Shown here one piece after another: positions 17,246 through 27,516 of a DNA stretch of 51,063 bases. Source of the DNA: Solirubrobacteraceae bacterium (lineage in GTDB: Bacteria > Actinomycetota > Thermoleophilia > Solirubrobacterales > Solirubrobacteraceae); NCBI GenBank assembly GCA_050696855.1, contig JBOGYN010000302.1:1-51063 (forward strand), in the 5' to 3' direction. Numbering within the stretch: the stretch's first letter is position 1; every line of letters begins with the position of its first letter. The notes beneath the pieces were generated by a model. That model worked only from the letters and a program-made list of their open reading frames with translations. It searched no databases and had not been told where the DNA came from. A program made the position numbers and the translations under genes.

Positions 17246-18324
17246 CCATCACCGGTTCATCACTGAGCGACGCGGTGCGCGACCGGCGGATCGAGCGGCT
17301 CGTGCCGCTGGCCGCCCCGCGCGAGCTGATCGAGGAGCTGCCGCTCGCCGACGCGCACGCCGCTGTCCTCACGCGCGGCCGGGCCGAGGTGTCGGCCGTC
17401 CTGGACGGGCGAGACGACCGCCTGCTGGTGGTGGTCGGCCCGTGCAGCGTCCACGACGTCGAGGCCACGTACGAGTACGCGCAGCGACTCAGCGAGCAGG
17501 TCAAGCGGCTCTCGCCTGACCTGTGTGTGGCCATGCGGGTCTACTTCGAGAAGCCCCGCACCACGATCGGCTGGAAGGGGCTGATCAACGATCCCCATCT
17601 CGACGGCTCCAGTGACGTCAACACCGGCCTGCGGATGGCCCGGCGACTGTTGCTCGAGGTCCTGGCGCTCGGCCTGCCGGTGGGGTGCGAATTCCTGGAT
17701 CCGATCACCCCGCAGTACATCTCTGACGTGGTCAGCTGGGGAGCGATCGGCGCCCGCACGGTGGAGAGCCAGATCCACCGCCAGCTCGGCTCCGGCCTGT
17801 CGATGCCGGTCGGCTTCAAGAACCGCACCGATGGCAACCTCCAGGTGGCGGTCGATGCCGTCCGCGCGGCCGGCGCCACCCACGCCTTTGCCGGCATCGA
17901 CGTGGACGGAACCCCGGCGATCCTCTACACGCGCGGCAACCAGGACTGCCACATCATCCTGCGCGGCGGCAAGGGCGCCCCCAACTACGGCATCGAATCG
18001 ATCGCGCAGGCGCTGGGCCTGCTGCGCGGCGCCTCGCTGCCCGAGCGGGTCATGATCGATCTCTCGCATGACAACAGCGGCAAGGATCCCGCGCGCCAGC
18101 CCGCGGTCGCCGCCGCGGTCGCTGATCAGGTCGCGGCCGGTGAGCTTGCGATCGTCGGGGTGATGCTCGAGTCCTTCCTGGTCGCGGGCCGTCAGGACCT
18201 CGGCGGTACCGAGCCCCTGACCTACGGGCAGTCGATCACCGATGGCTGCATCGGCTGGGACACCACGGTCGAGGTCCTCGACGGTCTCGCCGAGGCGGTT
18301 CGCGCCCGCCGGGGCGCGGCGTAG
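17242..18324 (+). CDS. aroG: DAHP synthase, type I-alpha
   Basis: GPCSVHD, RVYFEKPRTTIGWKGLINDP, IGARTVESQIHR, YGQSITDGCIGW. Confidence 0.93.
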   Translation: MTITGSSLSDAVRDRRIERLVPLAAPRELIEELPLADAHAAVLTRGRAEVSAVLDGRDDRLLVVVGPCSVHDVEATYEYAQRLSEQVKRLSPDLCVAMRVYFEKPRTTIGWKGLINDPHLDGSSDVNTGLRMARRLLLEVLALGLPVGCEFLDPITPQYISDVVSWGAIGARTVESQIHRQLGSGLSMPVGFKNRTDGNLQVAVDAVRAAGATHAFAGIDVDGTPAILYTRGNQDCHIILRGGKGAPNYGIESIAQALGLLRGASLPERVMIDLSHDNSGKDPARQPAVAAAVADQVAAGELAIVGVMLESFLVAGRQDLGGTEPLTYGQSITDGCIGWDTTVEVLDGLAEAVRARRGAA

Positions 18325-18335
18325 CCAGCCCGGAC

Positions 18336-19406
18336 ATGAGGGTCGCGGTCATTGGGGTAGGGCTGATCGGCGGCTCGGTGGCGCTCGCCGCCCGCGAGCG
18401 GCTCGGGGCCACGGTGTGCGGCTATGACCGCTCCGAGCAGGCGCTGCACCGTGCCCGGCAGCGGGGGGCCGTGGACACGGTCGCCGCCAGCGTCGAGGAA
18501 GCGGTCGCCGAGGCCGAGGCGGTGTTCGTGGCCGTGCCCGTCGGCGGGCTGCCCGATCTGGTCGGCGAGGCGCTGGCCGGGGCGCCGGCCGACTGTGTGA
18601 TCACCGATGTCGGGTCCACCAAGCGCGCGGTCGTCGCCGCCCACGACGATCCCCGCTTTGTCGGCGGGCACCCCCTGGCCGGGGCCGAGAACTCGGGGGT
18701 CGAGCACGCTCGCTCGGATCTGTTCGAGGGCGCCACCTGGTACCTGACCCCGGGGGCCGGGACCTCGGGCATCCTCTACGAGCGCCTGCACCGGCTCTTG
18801 CACGGGCTCGGCGCCCAGCCGACCGCGATCGACCCCGAGACCCACGACCGGATTCTGGCCACCGTTTCGCATCTGCCCCACGTGTTCGCCAACGTGCTCG
18901 TCTCCCAGGCCGCCGGCACCCTGGCCGCCGGGGGCGAGCGATTGCCGGCCACCGGGCCGAGCTTTCGCGACGCCACCCGGGTTGCGGGCGCGCCCAGCGC
19001 GATCTGGACCGATATCTACTTGTCCAATCGCGCCGCTCTGACTGCCGAGCTCGACGCCGCGCTCACTCGCCTGACCGAGATCCGGGCCGCGCTCGCCGCC
19101 GGGGACGGGGGCGCCATCGCCCGCTGGAACGACGCTGCCGCCCACGACCGCCGGCGCCTGCTCGAGGGTCAGCTGGCCGGTGGTCAGCTGTTTGAGCTGC
19201 GCGCCTCGGTCCCCAACCGCCCCGGCGTCATCGCCCAGCTCGCCCTGGAGCTGGGCCGGGCCGGGGTCAACATCACCGATCTGGCGCTGTATCCGGCCGG
19301 TGACATGAGCGAGGGCGTAGTCGCGCTCTGGATCGCGGGCGAGGAGCCGGCCGCCCACGCCGAGGCGCTGGTGGGCGGGCTCGGCTTTCCGGTGGCCCGG
19401 GCGTGA
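18336..19406 (+). CDS. tyrA: Prephenate/arogenate dehydrogenase with C-terminal ACT domain
   Basis: GVGLIGGS, DVGSTK, GGHPLAG, SHLPH, FRDATRVA; ACT-like VPNRPGVIA. Confidence 0.95.
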   Translation: MRVAVIGVGLIGGSVALAARERLGATVCGYDRSEQALHRARQRGAVDTVAASVEEAVAEAEAVFVAVPVGGLPDLVGEALAGAPADCVITDVGSTKRAVVAAHDDPRFVGGHPLAGAENSGVEHARSDLFEGATWYLTPGAGTSGILYERLHRLLHGLGAQPTAIDPETHDRILATVSHLPHVFANVLVSQAAGTLAAGGERLPATGPSFRDATRVAGAPSAIWTDIYLSNRAALTAELDAALTRLTEIRAALAAGDGGAIARWNDAAAHDRRRLLEGQLAGGQLFELRASVPNRPGVIAQLALELGRAGVNITDLALYPAGDMSEGVVALWIAGEEPAAHAEALVGGLGFPVARA

Positions 19407-20704
19407 ACCAGCGCTTTGACCCTGGCCTGCGGCTGCGCGGGCGCCTGACTCCGCCGGCCGACAAGTCGATCTCGCATCGGGCGGCGATCGTGGCGGCGAT
19501 GGCCGCCGAGCCGGTGCGGGTCAGCAACTACCTTCAGGCCGCCGACACGCTCACGACCCTTGAGGCCGTCCAGGCGGTCGGGGCGATCGTCGAACATCGC
19601 GATGGCCAGGTGAGGATCAGGGGCTGCGGGATGCGCAACGCCCGTGCCCCCGATGAAGCCATCGATGTCGGCAACGCCGGGACCCTGATGCGGCTGCTTC
19701 CCGGGTGGCTGGCCTTCCAGCAGGGCTCGGACTTCACCCTCGACGGCGACGAGTCGATTCGCCGCCGACCGATGGACCGGATCGCCGAGCCGCTGGAGGC
19801 GATGGGGGCCCGGTTCACCGCCCGGGACGGGCGCTACGCGCCGTTCACCGTCCACGGCGCGGCGCTGACCGGGATCGACTACGAGCTTCCCGTGCCCAGC
19901 GCCCAGGTCAAGTCCTGCGTCCTGCTCGCCGGACTGGCCACCAGCCGCACCTCGGTGCTCGAGCCGGTCCCTTCGCGTGACCACACCGAGCGGATGCTCC
20001 TCGGCGCCGGCGCCGCCGTGCAGCGCGAAGCGGTCGGAGGCGGGGTGCGGACGGCGATCGGCAACGCCGACGAGCTCGAGCTCGAGGGCGTGAGCGTGCC
20101 CGGGGACATGTCGAGCGCGGCCTTTTTGATCGCCGCGGGCGTGATCACCCGGGGCTCGCGCTTCGTTCTCGAGGGCGTCGGGGTCAATTGGACCCGGACC
20201 GGTTTCGTCCGGATCGCCCAGCGGATGGGAGCGGTGGTGGTCGGCGAGTTCGAGCCCGAGGGCAGCTTCGGCGCCGCCGAGCCGGTGTGCGACCTCGACG
20301 TCAGCGCCGGGCCGATCGAGGCCACCGCCGTGACGGCCGACGAAGTCCCGCTGGCCATCGACGAACTGCCGCTGGTCGCGCTGCTCGGCTGCTTTGCCGA
20401 AGGGGAGACGATCGTCCGGGGTGCGCACGAGTTGCGAGTCAAGGAGTCAGACCGGATCGCGACTGTGGTGGACGGCCTGCGCGGCCTGGGGGCCGACATC
20501 GAGGGCTTCGACGACGGCTTCGCGGTCCGCGGCACCGGCGGCCTGCGGGGCGGGCAGCTCGAGGCCCACGGCGACCATCGCCTCGCCATGCTCGGCGCGG
20601 TGGCCGGCCTGGGCTCTGATCAAGGCGTCGAAGTGCTCGGGATGGAGGCCGCGGAGGTTTCCTATCCCGGGTTCGCCGACGACGTGGCCGGGCTGGCGTC
20701 CTGA
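19403..20704 (+). CDS. aroA: 3-phosphoshikimate 1-carboxyvinyltransferase
   Basis: DKSISHRA, GNAGT, RRPM, SAQVKS, LRVKESDRI, DHRLAM. Confidence 0.97.
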   Translation: MNQRFDPGLRLRGRLTPPADKSISHRAAIVAAMAAEPVRVSNYLQAADTLTTLEAVQAVGAIVEHRDGQVRIRGCGMRNARAPDEAIDVGNAGTLMRLLPGWLAFQQGSDFTLDGDESIRRRPMDRIAEPLEAMGARFTARDGRYAPFTVHGAALTGIDYELPVPSAQVKSCVLLAGLATSRTSVLEPVPSRDHTERMLLGAGAAVQREAVGGGVRTAIGNADELELEGVSVPGDMSSAAFLIAAGVITRGSRFVLEGVGVNWTRTGFVRIAQRMGAVVVGEFEPEGSFGAAEPVCDLDVSAGPIEATAVTADEVPLAIDELPLVALLGCFAEGETIVRGAHELRVKESDRIATVVDGLRGLGADIEGFDDGFAVRGTGGLRGGQLEAHGDHRLAMLGAVAGLGSDQGVEVLGMEAAEVSYPGFADDVAGLAS

Positions 20705-21315
20705 TGGTGGTCGCGATCGACGGGCCCGCGGGCGCCGGCAAATCGACCGTGGCGCGGGCCGTGGCCGATGAGCTCGGATTCACGTTCCTCGATTCGGGCG
20801 CGATGTACCGGTGCGTCGCCCTGGCCGCGCTGGAGCGGGGCGTGGAGCCCGCCGCGGTGGCCGGCCAGCTCCGGATCGAGCCCTACGACGCGGTCCGGCT
20901 TAACGGACGCGACGTGAGCGTGGCGATCCGGGCGCCGGCGGTGTCCGAGGCGGCCTCCCGGGCGGCCGCCGACCCGCTCGTCCGGGCCGCGATGGTGGTC
21001 GCGCAGCGCAACCTGCTGAGCTCCGGAGACTGGGTCGCTGAAGGGCGCGACATCGGCACCGTCGTGGCCCCCGACGCCGCGGTCAAGGTGTTCCTCAGCG
21101 CCAGCCCCGAGGAGCGCGCCCGCCGCCGCGCCGCCCAGATCGGCGCCGATCCGGCCACCGTCCTGGCCGAGCAGACGATCCGCGATCAGCGCGACGAGAC
21201 CCGCGAGCATTCGCCGCTGACCGCCGCCGAGGGGGCGGTCATGCTCGACACCACCGGTCTGCCTCTGGCCGAGGTGGTGGCCCGAATCAGCTCGTTGGCT
21301 CGCTCGGCAGCCTGA
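20704..21315 (+). CDS. cmk: Cytidylate kinase
   Basis: IDGPAGAGKST, DSGAMYR, EGRDIGTVVAP. Confidence 0.96.
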   Translation: MVVAIDGPAGAGKSTVARAVADELGFTFLDSGAMYRCVALAALERGVEPAAVAGQLRIEPYDAVRLNGRDVSVAIRAPAVSEAASRAAADPLVRAAMVVAQRNLLSSGDWVAEGRDIGTVVAPDAAVKVFLSASPEERARRRAAQIGADPATVLAEQTIRDQRDETREHSPLTAAEGAVMLDTTGLPLAEVVARISSLARSAA

Positions 21316-21345
21316 TGGTCATGACCGAACGCCGGCGAGGCGCCG

Positions 21346-21524
21346 GACGCGTTGGCTGAGGGACGTTTTGGGCTGGGGAAGGGGGGAGAGGAGCCCCTGG
21401 CGGGCCCAATACGACGAGCATCGCTCGACTTCGGGGGGCTCGTCGTGCGAGCCCCGGCCGCGAGCGTGGGCAGCCTCCCTTACCCTTCCCAAGCCTGAAT
21501 GGCGCCCCAACCGGCTACGCGGTC
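21346..21524 (+). ncRNA. Candidate structured RNA (long imperfect rod) between cmk and der
   Basis: Nested inverted repeats with G-U pairs on the plus strand and an apical C(UUCG)G loop; family not identified. Confidence 0.35.
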
Positions 21525-21593
21525 TGACCCAGCGAGTCCGTTCCTAACCGAATCGGAGGCGGAACGGCCCAACCAGGCCTCATACTCAAGCCC

Positions 21594-22976
21594 ATGAAGG
21601 TCGCGATCGTCGGTTATCCCAACGTGGGCAAGTCCTCGCTGGTCAACCGCCTCACCGAGTCCCGGGAGGCGGTCGTACACGAACGCCCCGGGGTGACCCG
21701 GGACCGCAAGGAGCTGCGCACCGATTGGAACGGCCGGACGCTGACGCTGATCGACACCGGCGGCGTCGACCTCGAGGATCGCGACGAGCTCGCCGGGCAG
21801 ATCCAGGCTCAGGCCCGGGCCGCGCTCGCCGATGCGGACGTGGTGGTGCTGGTGGTCGACGCCAAGGCCGGTCTGCGCCCCGGCGACGAAGAGCTGGCCG
21901 ACTTGCTACGCCGCAGCCCGTTGCCCGTGTTGGTGGCCGCCAACAAGGTCGACACGGTCACCGACACGCCGCTCGCGGCCGAGTTCTTCCGGCTCGGGCT
22001 CGGGGACCCGCTGCCGGTCTCCGCCGCCCAGGGCCTGGGCACCGGCGACCTCCTGGACCGGATCGTGGCGCTGGGGCCCGAAATCGGTGAGGAGTCCGAG
22101 GAGAATGACCTCGCCGTGCGCCTGGCCCTGATCGGGCGCCCGAACGTCGGCAAGTCCTCACTGGTCAACCGCTTCGCCGGGGGCACCGACGGCGCAGCCG
22201 GTGGTCAGCGGGTGATCGTCTCGGCGCTGGCCGGGACGACGCGGGACGCGATCGACCTTCCACTCACCTATCGCGATCGCGAGCTGATCCTGGTCGACAC
22301 GGCCGGGATCCGGCGCGCCGCCAAGGTGGGGGAGTCGCTGGAGTACTACACCTCGCTGCGCTCGCGCCGGGCTGCGGAGCGCGCCGACGTGGCGCTGGTG
22401 GTGTGCGACGCCAACGACGGCGTGACCAGCCAGGACCTCCGGGTGGCCGAGATGGCCATGAAGAGCGGCTGCGCCACCGCGCTGGTGCTCAACAAGTGGG
22501 ACATCGCCGAGAACGTCGACCTCGACCACGAGCGTGCCCACGTCAACCGCAAGCTGCGCCTGCGTCCCCGGGTGATGACCGCCAGTGCCAAGACCGGGCG
22601 CCACGTCGACCGGCTGCTGATCGAGGCGGTCACGTTGGCCGACCGCAGCCGCACCCGGATCCCCACCCCGCAGCTCAACCGCTTTCTGTCCGAGGTCACC
22701 GCCGCGCGCCAGCCCCCGGTGGGAGCCGGCGGCAAGGGCGCGGGCTCGGGGCACCGGCTGCGCCTGCTCTTCATGACCCAAACCGCCGAGCGGCCGCCGC
22801 GGTTCTCGATTCAGGTCAACTCGCGCGCCCGGGTGACCCGCGACTACGCCTACTTCCTCGAGAATCGCCTCCGCGAGCGCTATCGCTTCGAGGGCGTGCC
22901 GACGATCATCGACTTCGTGGCCCGCAACGAACGCCGGCCGGTCGGCGCCCGCGGCGCCCGCGGCGCCACGGCCTGA
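21594..22976 (+). CDS. der: Ribosome biogenesis GTPase Der (EngA)
   Basis: Two tandem G domains ([16 protein letters not shown] and [16 protein letters not shown]). Confidence 0.97.
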   Translation: MKVAIVGYPNVGKSSLVNRLTESREAVVHERPGVTRDRKELRTDWNGRTLTLIDTGGVDLEDRDELAGQIQAQARAALADADVVVLVVDAKAGLRPGDEELADLLRRSPLPVLVAANKVDTVTDTPLAAEFFRLGLGDPLPVSAAQGLGTGDLLDRIVALGPEIGEESEENDLAVRLALIGRPNVGKSSLVNRFAGGTDGAAGGQRVIVSALAGTTRDAIDLPLTYRDRELILVDTAGIRRAAKVGESLEYYTSLRSRRAAERADVALVVCDANDGVTSQDLRVAEMAMKSGCATALVLNKWDIAENVDLDHERAHVNRKLRLRPRVMTASAKTGRHVDRLLIEAVTLADRSRTRIPTPQLNRFLSEVTAARQPPVGAGGKGAGSGHRLRLLFMTQTAERPPRFSIQVNSRARVTRDYAYFLENRLRERYRFEGVPTIIDFVARNERRPVGARGARGATA

Positions 22977-22991
22977 GCTACTCAAGGACCC

Positions 22992-24647
22992 GTGACCGAG
23001 ACCAAGGTGACGAGCAGCGACGCCCCGGCGTCCGGGCCTCTGTCGGGGGAGCGATTTGAACACATCGTCCGGCGCCGGACCGCGCTGGTCGCGCTGGTCC
23101 TGGGGGTGATCGTCCTCGTCGTCCTGCTGGTCATCCGGGAATCCGGACCGCCCCCGCCGGCCACCGGCGCCGCTGCCCTGGTGCCCGCCGACGCGCTGGC
23201 CTACGTCAACGTGTCGCTCGATCGTGAGCGCCCCGCGGTCCGCCAGGCCGTCGACCTGGCCGAGCGCTTTCCCGACTTTCCGCTCGGCGCCGCCGCCGTT
23301 CAGACTCGGCTGGGGGCGATCCTGGCCGGCGGTCGTTCGGTCGATTTCTCCGGTGAGATCGGGCCCTGGCTGGGCAACGAGGCGTCCCTCGCCCTGCTCA
23401 ACACCGCCACCTCGACGGCTGGTTCGCTGATCGTCCTCGATGTCCGCGACCCGAAGCGGGCGCGGGCCTTCCTGCGGGGACAGGGCGCGAGCGCCCACGG
23501 CTCCTACCGGGGCACGCCCCTGCTCGTGTATCCGACCGGAAGCGAGCTGGCCTTCGTCTCCCATTTCCTGGTCCTGGGGCAGGACAGCAGCGTGCGGGCG
23601 GCGATCGACGTCAACGCCGGCTCGTCGCGTTCGCTGGCCGGCTCGGCTGTCTATCAGCGCGCGGCCGCCGGTGAGCCCTCCGGGCGGGTGCTGGACGCCT
23701 ACGCGTCGCTGGCTGGCGTACGGCGCGTGCTGACCGCCCAGGGCGGGGTGCTCGGAGCCCTGGGCGCGCTGCTCTACCAGCCTGCTCTCCAGGGGGTGGC
23801 GATCAGCCTCTCGCCCGCGTCCGGCGGAGCCCGAGTTCAGGTCCACAGCGCGCTTGATCCCGGCCTGGCGCGGGTCAGTGCCCCCGCGACCTCGGCCTTC
23901 AAGCCGACGCTGCAGGACGTGATGCCGACCGGCTCGATCCTGATGCTCGACGTCGTCGGGCTGGACCGCGTCGCCCCCTCGGTCCTCAACGCCGGCGCCG
24001 CGGCCGGCGTGGCGGGAGGCATTGGCCCGCTGCTCTCGCGCCTGGGCTCGGCGCTGGTCTCCGAGGGCGTCAACGTCCATGACCTGACCTCGATCTTCTC
24101 GGCCGAAACGGCGGTCGCGATCGTGCCGCACGCCAGCTCACCGACGCTGGTGATCGTCGCTCGCACCGCGCACGAGGCGCAGGTCCGCACCGAGCTCGCC
24201 CAGCTCCAGATCCCGCTCGTCCAGCTGTTCACGCCGCCCAACGCGCCCGCGGGCAAGGCCCCCGCCTTCAACGACCGCACGGTCGCCGGGATCCCGGTTC
24301 ACCAGCTGGCGATCTCCAGCGGGCTCGAGCTCGACTACGCCGTCTTCCGCGGCTTGGTGGTGATCTCGACCAGCCTCGAGGGCGTCGCCGCCGTCGCCCA
24401 GCACAGCCACTCGCTGGGCAGCGATCCCGGGTTCCGGTTCGCGCTCGGCGCCCGGCCCGCGCGGCTCACCTCGTTGGTTTACCTCGACTTCGGACGGCTG
24501 CTCGCCCTCGGGCAGCAGACCGGGTTGACGCGCAGCACCCGGATCAAAGCGCTGCTCGGAGACCTCGAGAAGATCACCTCGATTGGCCTGAGCTCGACCC
24601 GGAGCCCGGGCCAGTCAACCGCCCAGCTTTCGATCCGCGTTCCGTGA
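22992..24647 (+). CDS. Membrane-anchored extracytoplasmic protein (DUF3352-like)
   Basis: One N-terminal TM segment, then AALVPADALAYV and IGPWLGNEASLAL, reminiscent of DUF3352. Confidence 0.55.
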   Translation: MTETKVTSSDAPASGPLSGERFEHIVRRRTALVALVLGVIVLVVLLVIRESGPPPPATGAAALVPADALAYVNVSLDRERPAVRQAVDLAERFPDFPLGAAAVQTRLGAILAGGRSVDFSGEIGPWLGNEASLALLNTATSTAGSLIVLDVRDPKRARAFLRGQGASAHGSYRGTPLLVYPTGSELAFVSHFLVLGQDSSVRAAIDVNAGSSRSLAGSAVYQRAAAGEPSGRVLDAYASLAGVRRVLTAQGGVLGALGALLYQPALQGVAISLSPASGGARVQVHSALDPGLARVSAPATSAFKPTLQDVMPTGSILMLDVVGLDRVAPSVLNAGAAAGVAGGIGPLLSRLGSALVSEGVNVHDLTSIFSAETAVAIVPHASSPTLVIVARTAHEAQVRTELAQLQIPLVQLFTPPNAPAGKAPAFNDRTVAGIPVHQLAISSGLELDYAVFRGLVVISTSLEGVAAVAQHSHSLGSDPGFRFALGARPARLTSLVYLDFGRLLALGQQTGLTRSTRIKALLGDLEKITSIGLSSTRSPGQSTAQLSIRVP

Positions 24648-24674
24648 GTCTCTGAGCCCTTGAGCCCGGCTGGC

Positions 24675-25187
24675 TCAGACCCCGGCGCTGGCTTGCGGGC
24701 CGCCCCAGCCGCTGGGCAGTTCGTGCAGCGCTCGGTCGACGGTCCGGACGATCCCGCGGGGGTCACCGACACCGCGGAAGGAGAAGTCGTAGTCGGCCTC
24801 GCCCGCGGTGTCGAAGTCCACCGTCCCGATCCGCAGGATCCGCTCGCGCAGCGACTGGGAGGCGTTCACGTTCTGGACCCGCTCGAGCCGCGTCTGGCGC
24901 AGCCGTCGCGACAGGATCCCGGTTTCGATCGTCAGGCGCCGGTTGGTGATCGAATAGGTGGTCTGGATGCGCTGGATCTGAGCGATCGCGAGCAGGAGCA
25001 CGAACACCGCCAGCACGGCGATCACCACCCAGCCGAGCTGGACGTGCCTGGCGCTGAACGCGGTGATCACCCCGGCCAACACCCCGGCTGCGACTGCGGC
25101 CAGCAGGCCGCGGGTGAACAGGCCGGCCATCGACAGCCATGATGGATGGCCGTCGAAGAAGATGATCTCGCCCGGCTCTGCTTTCAA
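24675..25187 (-). CDS. Membrane protein with bacterial PH domain (bPH_2)
   Basis: Two TM segments, then TTYSITNRRLTIETGILSR...RVQNV...ERILRIGTVDFDTAG. Confidence 0.85.
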   Translation of the reverse strand: MKAEPGEIIFFDGHPSWLSMAGLFTRGLLAAVAAGVLAGVITAFSARHVQLGWVVIAVLAVFVLLLAIAQIQRIQTTYSITNRRLTIETGILSRRLRQTRLERVQNVNASQSLRERILRIGTVDFDTAGEADYDFSFRGVGDPRGIVRTVDRALHELPSGWGGPQASAGV

Positions 25188-25272
25188 GGTCGGGAGCGTA
25201 AAGGGTGCCCGGGGGTGAAAGCGGCATCCTCGCCGCCTTCTAGATTCGAACCCCCATGCGCCTGAGCCTCTT

Positions 25273-27459
25273 TTGATCGCCCGTGTCGAACCGCTGACCC
25301 GGACCCGGGCGGTGCGCGGCCCGTTCGACTACCGGCTGGATCCCGAGGAGCACTCCGACGTCGGGGTCGGCTCGGTCCTGCGGGTGCCGTTCGGGGGGCG
25401 GCGCGCGCTCGGGGTCGTGGTCGCCCTGGCCGCTGACTCCGAGCTCGAGCCCGAGCGCCTGGCCTTTCCCCATCAGGTGCTGGCCGCGGCGATCCCGCCC
25501 GACCTCGTCGAGCTCGCCGCCTGGATGGCCCGGGAGTACTGCTCGACCCCGGCCCGCGCGCTGAGCCTTGCCCTGGCGCCGGGGACCGCCGAGGGGGTCA
25601 CGGCCCGCCGGGCCCTGAGCGCGGCGCTGACGGCCGCCGGGACGGCCGCGCTCGAGGACCCCGAAAGCCGGCTCACCGACCGCCAGCGCGAGCTGCTGAG
25701 CGCGTTGCGCGAGCGCGGCCCCACGCTCGCCGCCGAACTCGGGACCCCGGGCCTGCGCCGGCTCGAGGCCCGCGACCTGGTCAGGCTCGAGACGCGGGTG
25801 CGCCCGCGGCGGCCGGTCGCGCGCCCGCTGGGGGCGTCCGCCGCCCTGGCCCCACCGCTGACCGCTGACCAGCAGGCGGCGCTGGCGCCGATCCTGGCCG
25901 CAATCGCCGACTCGCCGAGCGAGCCGACGCGCACGGCCACGCCGACGTCCGGAGAGCGGCGCTTCCTGCTCCACGGGGTGACCGGCTCGGGCAAGACCGA
26001 GGTCTACCTGAGCGCCGTGGCAGCCGCCTTGGACGCGGGCCTTAGCGCGATCGTGCTCGTGCCCGAGATCGCGCTCACGCCCCAGGTGCTGTGGCGCTTT
26101 CAGACCCGGTTTGGCGATGTGGTCGCCGTGCTGCACTCGGCGCTGGGGGCCGGCGAGCGCTACGACGAGTGGCTGCGGCTGCGCGACGGCGAGGCCCAGG
26201 TGTGCGTCGGCCCACGCTCGGCGATCTTCGCGCCGCTCTCGGACCTCGGGCTGATCATCATCGACGAGGAGCACGAGAGCTCGTACAAGCACGAAGGCGA
26301 CCCGCGCTACGACGCCCGCAGCGTCGCTGAGCAGCGCGCCCGTCAGACCGGCGCCGTGCTGGTGGCCGGCAGCGCCACCCCGCGCCCGGAGAGCATGCGG
26401 GCGATGGCGCGACTGCGGCTGCCCGAGCGAGTAGACGGGCGGCCGATGCCCGCCGTGGAGGTCCTCGACATGCGCGGCCACCACGAGCCCCTGCACCCCG
26501 AAGCGCGGATCGCCCTGGCCGATCTGCGCCGGGCCGGCGGCAAGGCGATCGTCCTGCTCAACCGCCGCGGGTGGTCGAACTTCCTCTCCTGCCGGACCTG
26601 CGGACGGGTCTGGTTCTGCCCCAACTGCGAAGTCGCGCTGGTCCTGCACCGACAGGGTGATTTCGTCGCCTGCCATCACTGCGGGCACCGCGAAGTGGTG
26701 CCCAGCCGCTGCCCGACCTGCGCCTCGGTGAGCGTCGCGCGCCACGGGGCGGGGACCGAGCGCATCGAGCACGAGCTGCGCGCCGCGCTGGGCGGCGACG
26801 GCTTCCCGGTCTTCCGTCTCGATGCCGACGCGGCCACCCTCGAGCGCCGGGCGGCCACTCTGCAGAGCTTCGATCAGGCTGCGGCCGGGGTGCTGGTCGG
26901 GACCCAGATGGTGGCCAAGGGACACGACTTCGCCGACGTCTCACTCGGGGTGGTGCTCGACGCCGACCAGACCCTGCGCTTCCCGGACTTCCGAGCCGAG
27001 GAGCGGACGTTCGCGCTCGTCACCCAGCTGGCGGGGCGGACCGGCCGGGGTGCCGACGGGGGTCGGGTCCTCGTCCAGACCCTGGCCCCCGAGGCCCGCC
27101 CGATCGCCTTTGCGACCCGCCACGACTCCGAGGGGTTCGTCAGCGACGAGCTGCACCGCCGCGAGCTGCTCCGCTACCCGCCCTTCGCGACGCTGATCCG
27201 GATCGTCTGCTCGGCCCCCGAGGAGGCGCCGGCCCGGGCCACCGGCGAGGCGATCGCCGCCGCGCTGGGCCCGGGAACGGGGGATGTGCTCGGCCCGGCG
27301 CCCCTGTTTCGCCTCCGCGGCCGGGCGCGCAGCCAGCTCGTGATCAAGACCGGCGACCGCGGGGCGGCGATCGCGGCCGTCGGGACGGCGGTCGACCGGC
27401 TCGCCCCGGCGGCGGCCCGCGAGGGCGTCAGCGTCAGCGTCGACGTCGACCCACAGTGA
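25273..27459 (+). CDS. priA: Primosomal protein N' (replication restart helicase)
   Basis: GVTGSGKTEVY, DEEHE, four CxxC zinc motifs, GTQMVAKGHDF, QLAGRTGR. Confidence 0.97.
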   Translation: MIARVEPLTRTRAVRGPFDYRLDPEEHSDVGVGSVLRVPFGGRRALGVVVALAADSELEPERLAFPHQVLAAAIPPDLVELAAWMAREYCSTPARALSLALAPGTAEGVTARRALSAALTAAGTAALEDPESRLTDRQRELLSALRERGPTLAAELGTPGLRRLEARDLVRLETRVRPRRPVARPLGASAALAPPLTADQQAALAPILAAIADSPSEPTRTATPTSGERRFLLHGVTGSGKTEVYLSAVAAALDAGLSAIVLVPEIALTPQVLWRFQTRFGDVVAVLHSALGAGERYDEWLRLRDGEAQVCVGPRSAIFAPLSDLGLIIIDEEHESSYKHEGDPRYDARSVAEQRARQTGAVLVAGSATPRPESMRAMARLRLPERVDGRPMPAVEVLDMRGHHEPLHPEARIALADLRRAGGKAIVLLNRRGWSNFLSCRTCGRVWFCPNCEVALVLHRQGDFVACHHCGHREVVPSRCPTCASVSVARHGAGTERIEHELRAALGGDGFPVFRLDADAATLERRAATLQSFDQAAAGVLVGTQMVAKGHDFADVSLGVVLDADQTLRFPDFRAEERTFALVTQLAGRTGRGADGGRVLVQTLAPEARPIAFATRHDSEGFVSDELHRRELLRYPPFATLIRIVCSAPEEAPARATGEAIAAALGPGTGDVLGPAPLFRLRGRARSQLVIKTGDRGAAIAAVGTAVDRLAPAAAREGVSVSVDVDPQ

Positions 27460-27516
27460 GCAGTCCGGCCGGGAACTTGAGAGCCAGACACGGGGCCACC
27501 GGCCGCGGCCTCTAAA

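Noticed and set aside
22158..24131. 657-aa antisense ORF, and the many similar long alternate-frame ORFs (e.g. 25240..26925, 31385..33172, 34661..36514, 38127..39539)
   Set aside because: Shadow ORFs expected in high-GC DNA; they overlap well-supported genes and show no recognizable motifs.
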